This document shows, one piece after another, positions 25,401 to 28,566 of a stretch of DNA of 28,566 nucleotides. Below the pieces are notes generated by a model that made no database searches, was not told where the DNA came from, and saw only the letters and a list, made by a program, of their open reading frames with translations. Made by a program: the position numbers and the translations under genes. The stretch's first letter is position 1; each line of letters begins with the position of its first letter. Source of the stretch: a virus (taxonomy: Duplodnaviria; Caudoviricetes); IMG/VR virus record IMGVR_UViG_3300037483_000791, positions 1 to 28,566 of that record; one strand, given 5' to 3'.

Positions 25401-25636
25401 CCGAGTACGTCAAAAACAATATGGAGAGGCTAAAGCTCTGGCAGGAGGAGTACCCGGGCGACACGTGGGCGCAGATCCTATCGGGCAAAGGCGAGTTCTA
25501 TTTCGCCGTCGAGAATCGCGGTGACAAGCAAATCGTCTGTGTCCGTTGCGGCAAGTCGGCAACCCTCAAGGACTTTGAGATCGCCCGTTACGACGTCTCC
25601 AAGGTCCGTTGCTACCAGTGCTATTTAGGCAATTAA
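25397..25636 (+). CDS. Zinc-finger-like protein (79 aa)
   Basis: CVRC...CYQC. Confidence 0.7.
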   Translation: MTEYVKNNMERLKLWQEEYPGDTWAQILSGKGEFYFAVENRGDKQIVCVRCGKSATLKDFEIARYDVSKVRCYQCYLGN

Positions 25637-25655
25637 TCAACTAACCAACATTCAA

Positions 25656-26402
25656 ATGACCAACAGTGAAAACCAGTTACAGCTGATTGTCCGCGACAGC
25701 GGACTAGAACCTACAAAGGCGCAGTATATTCTCGATAACTTCCAAGAGTACTTTGCAATCGCTAGTGAGTGGGAGACAAAAGCACGGTAGATTGTCGTAA
25801 CCAATGCAGACCAGGTTGGCGATATGGCTATGGCACGTTCAGGCAGATTGTTTCTTCGCGAAAAGCGGATTGCGATAGAGAAGGCGCGGAAGGCGCTGAA
25901 AGAGCAGGCGCTACGAGAGGGCAAGGCCATAGACGGAATTGCCAACGTACTGAAAGCGCTGTTTGAGCCAATCGAGAATTACCTGGACGACCAAGAACAC
26001 TTTGTAGAAAAGAAAGCGGCAGCCGAGGCAGAACAGGCGCGCATAGAAGCAGAGAAGAAGGCGGAGGACGCGCGGATTGCGGCGGAGAAAGCCGAAGCCG
26101 AGGAGCGGGAACGCATTCGCCTGGAGAACGAGCGACTGAAGGTTGAAGCGGTAAAGCGTGAACAGGAGCAGGCGAAGGAACGGGCGAAGCAAGCAGCCAT
26201 ACTCGCGGCTGAGCGCGAGAAGGCCGAGGCTGAGCGGAAGGCGCTGGAGGCGAAAGCCCAGGTAGAACGCCAGAAGGCTGCAAAAGAACGGGCTGCCGTG
26301 GAAGCGAAGCTGAAGGAGAAGGCCGAGGCTGAGCGGAAGGCGCTGGAGGCGTTGAAGCGTGAAATAGAATGCCCGCATTGCCACAAGACCTTTACTCTAT
26401 AA
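25656..26402 (+). pseudogene. Coiled-coil phage protein interrupted by an in-frame TAG (25788-25790)
   Basis: ATG 25656 with typical leader reads MTNSENQLQLIVRDSGLEPTKAQYILDNF...WETKAR*IVVTNADQVGDMAMAR, in frame with ORF 25824..26402; ends CPHCHKTFTL. Confidence 0.65.
26217..26351 (+). repeat. 36-nt exact direct repeat (EKAEAERKALEA)
   Basis: 26217-26252 is identical to 26316-26351. Confidence 0.9.
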
Positions 26403-26428
26403 GATTTAATAACTAATCCACCAAAGCA

Positions 26429-27289
26429 ATGAACAACCAACCATTTTTACCTGAGGGCTACGAAGTCCCTCAATCCTCAAGCAACTACATGAAGCCCAAA
26501 GTGGGCAAGAATAAGATCCGCATTCTAGCTTCCCCGATTATGGGCTATCTCGGCTGGGTCGAGCAGCTCGACGAAGACGGCAAGGAAGTCCGAAAGCCGA
26601 TTCGGATTCGGGAGGGCGAGACCTTCGCCGCGAACCTTGAAGTCAAGGACAACAAGTACTTCTGGGCATTGCCCGTCTGGAACTACGGCGAGAACCGCGT
26701 CCAGGTGCTCGAATTGACCCAAAAGACCATCATCTCCAGCATCACCGCATACGCGAACGACTCTGACTTCGGTCATCCGTCCGGCTACGACATCGTCATT
26801 ACCCGACGAGGAGAGAAACTCAACACCGAGTACTCGGTAATTGCGAAACCTCCTAAGGACATTGACACGCAAATCAAGGGAGAGTGGGAGGCACTGCAGC
26901 CGACCTTTGACCTTGAGCGGCTGTTCGATGGCGGCGATTCATTCGACATTGACGCAAAGCGGTCGCAGGATAAGTCTCGTGCCGGGGAAGATCGGGAGAC
27001 GACTATCAGAGCAATCTTTGCCACCGCTAAGAAACTGTGGCCGACTATTGCTGCGTCACCTGAGCAGAAAGAGACCTTGAAGAAGAATCTTCGGGACCAG
27101 CTCGGCGTGACGATTGCGAGCTTCAAAGAGGCAACTCTTGAGGAACTCAACAAGGCCTATCTCGCCATGAAGAACAAGGAATCTGAGATGTTCACCGACG
27201 AAGCCAGGCAGAGCTTGGAGCCTGAACCGAAAGGCGACACGGACGCCGGTCCGTTGACCGACGAGAACGGCGAGGAGATCCCGTTCTAG
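26429..27289 (+). CDS. Single-stranded DNA-binding protein (gp32-like phage SSB)
   Basis: NKIRIL, FWALPVWNY...VQVLELTQKTI, YDIVITRRG..LNTEYSV; acidic C-terminus EEIPF. Confidence 0.75.
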   Translation: MNNQPFLPEGYEVPQSSSNYMKPKVGKNKIRILASPIMGYLGWVEQLDEDGKEVRKPIRIREGETFAANLEVKDNKYFWALPVWNYGENRVQVLELTQKTIISSITAYANDSDFGHPSGYDIVITRRGEKLNTEYSVIAKPPKDIDTQIKGEWEALQPTFDLERLFDGGDSFDIDAKRSQDKSRAGEDRETTIRAIFATAKKLWPTIAASPEQKETLKKNLRDQLGVTIASFKEATLEELNKAYLAMKNKESEMFTDEARQSLEPEPKGDTDAGPLTDENGEEIPF

Positions 27290-27291
27290 CC

Positions 27292-27621
27292 ATGTCCGTG
27301 AAGTCGCCCTACAAGCGCGAACACTACGACGCGGTACTCCAGGCAGTTCAAGGCCGGTTTGATATCAAGAGTGGAGATCTCTCCCCGTCCATCTGGATTG
27401 CCTGGCGCGTCGCGATTAAGCGGATGTTCGACGAGGGTATCCTTATCCGCGAGATTATTCAGGCAATCCCCGAAGCGGGTGAGCGCAGGCATTGGCCTGG
27501 CGGTACCGCGTTCTGGCACCGGGTTAAGGACGTCGTCCTCAAGAACCGTCGAGAGAGCACGACTATCCGGATAACCGGAATGCAATCCTCTTCGGAGATC
27601 CTAAGAGATCGAATCAATTAA
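27292..27621 (+). CDS. Hypothetical protein (109 aa), possibly replication-related
   Basis: ORF 2 nt after the SSB stop. Confidence 0.65.
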   Translation: MSVKSPYKREHYDAVLQAVQGRFDIKSGDLSPSIWIAWRVAIKRMFDEGILIREIIQAIPEAGERRHWPGGTAFWHRVKDVVLKNRRESTTIRITGMQSSSEILRDRIN

Positions 27622-27632
27622 CCACCACCACA

Positions 27633-28175
27633 ATGAAAACAAAACGCTATTTTCCCTACGCACCAATCAAAAAGACCTCGATGCACGCTTGCTACCTTGT
27701 CGTCATTCTAGGACTCACCGCAACCCTGATCTTGTGGGCCGTGGCGCAACAAACGCCCAAGCACGCCTCAATACTCATTTCACAGGCAAAAGCCTCAAAT
27801 CAGGCCGCACAGGGCCTCTCAGGGGAAGCTCCGGCTGACCTATCTGAAGCCTCGATGATCGCCAGCCAGAACTGGAACGTCCCGTACGGGCTCCTACTCG
27901 GAATCGCCAACGCCGAAAGCTCGCTGGGTACCAACTGGTACGGCTGTCAGCACTCATTCAACGCCTGGGGAATCAAAGGCAAGCCCGCCGAATCCTGCAA
28001 CTCGCATATCAAGCATTACGACTCCTGGATCGAAGCTGCCGATGACGTTGCCCGAATACTCCGGACCTATTACCTAGATGAAGGCAAGGACACGCCGGAG
28101 CGGATCGTCCGCAAGTACGTCGGGCGGTATTCTGAAAACTGGGTAAGAAACGTCAGTAACTACTATCGGCCATAA
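27633..28175 (+). CDS. Membrane-anchored glucosaminidase/lysozyme-like protein
   Basis: N-terminal TM helix; GIANAESSLG (putative catalytic E), NAWGI, YDSWIEA...LRTYY...TPERIVRKY. Confidence 0.75.
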   Translation: MKTKRYFPYAPIKKTSMHACYLVVILGLTATLILWAVAQQTPKHASILISQAKASNQAAQGLSGEAPADLSEASMIASQNWNVPYGLLLGIANAESSLGTNWYGCQHSFNAWGIKGKPAESCNSHIKHYDSWIEAADDVARILRTYYLDEGKDTPERIVRKYVGRYSENWVRNVSNYYRP

Positions 28176-28182
28176 AAACGCT

Positions 28183-28255
28183 TCGTTGCCCCGTGCGCGT
28201 GATCCGGTCCCGGACTGGTTCCAATGAGGCCGGTGAGCAAACGGCGGGGCGGCGA
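28183..28255 (+). ncRNA. Candidate three-way structured element
   Basis: 12-bp stem TCGTTGCCCCGT/GCGGGGCGGCGA with 3 G-U; inner TCCGG/CCGGA and ACTGGTT/GGCCGGT. Confidence 0.45.
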
Positions 28256-28286
28256 TAATCTATAATCAACTAACCACCCACCCACA

Positions 28287-28566
28287 ATGAACGAACAACC
28301 ACAATTCGATGATTACCTAGTTACCGTGTTTATGCGAGATTACCACGGCGACAAAGACCACTATGAGGCCGCCTTTGATAGCTGGCTAGCAGACCTTGAC
28401 GGCAATGAACTGATTGAGTACGGGAATGGAGCCGTAGCCCAAGCACGGGAGGAGGAGAGGGAATGGGTGCGGATGTTCGTCGAGGAACTGAGGTCATCTA
28501 GAAAAGAAAAGGGATTGCTAATAACGAGAGAGGACGAAGCAAGAAACCACGTTATCGAAATAATCC
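28287..28566 (+). CDS. Hypothetical protein, truncated by the window end
   Basis: MNEQPQFDDYLVTVFMRDYHGDKDHYEAAFDSWLADLDG... open to the end; typical leader. Confidence 0.7.
   Translation, partial: MNEQPQFDDYLVTVFMRDYHGDKDHYEAAFDSWLADLDGNELIEYGNGAVAQAREEEREWVRMFVEELRSSRKEKGLLITREDEARNHVIEII

Larger units (their letters stand above)
1542..28566 (+). mobile_element. Podovirus-like phage/prophage segment
   Basis: terS-terL-portal-scaffold-capsid-adaptor-nozzle-ejection proteins-lysis-SSB synteny; no tape measure or sheath gene; boundaries not visible. Confidence 0.92.

Noticed and set aside
5748-27585. Numerous minus-strand and alternate-frame ORFs of 60-200 aa
   Set aside because: Shadow ORFs of GC-rich plus-strand genes with no recognisable motifs
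28177-28260. Possible tRNA (also considered at 5075-5204 and 1405-1540)
   Set aside because: No correctly spaced D-arm, anticodon arm, TTC-containing T-loop or CCA end
185-28566. Genome-wide TAG reassignment (genetic code 15)
   Set aside because: Only one internal TAG was found; long genes are intact in code 11, and TAG ends several genes at natural C-termini (SSB, M23, adaptor)
1-28566. CRISPR array, diversity-generating retroelement, integrase/att site, intron or intein
   Set aside because: No spaced repeats, reverse transcriptase or recombinase motifs seen; terL, portal and capsid have ordinary lengths

Overview
This window is mostly a co-oriented (+ strand) segment of a tailed dsDNA phage or prophage with podovirus-type (P22/T7/SU10-like) morphogenesis genes. 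From left to right it holds: an AT-rich orphan EcoRI-family adenine methyltransferase; small early ORFs including a peptide deformylase, a truncated DUF932-like gene and a holin-like gene; terminase small and large subunits; portal, scaffold and major capsid; a GT2-like glycosyltransferase; adaptor, nozzle and three probable ejection proteins; a tail-end module with a YkgJ-like Cys-cluster gene; a lysis region with an M23 peptidase and tiny membrane peptides; and an early/replication operon behind a near-consensus sigma70 promoter. That operon includes a coiled-coil gene broken by an in-frame TAG, a gp32-like SSB and a membrane-anchored glucosaminidase-like enzyme. Most genes lack Shine-Dalgarno sites and have A/C-rich leaders, which suggests (inference) a Patescibacteria/CPR-like host. 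The most unusual signal is non-coding. Most of the longer intergenic gaps fold into self-contained structures closed by long G-U-containing stems that begin at or near a stop codon and end shortly before the next start. Several have pseudoknot or switch topology, most clearly before scaffold/capsid (10362-10476) and before a small membrane gene (24530-24596). No integrase, tRNA, CRISPR array or reverse transcriptase was seen. All family calls are by motif recognition and all structures were paired by eye; nothing was checked by database search or folding software.
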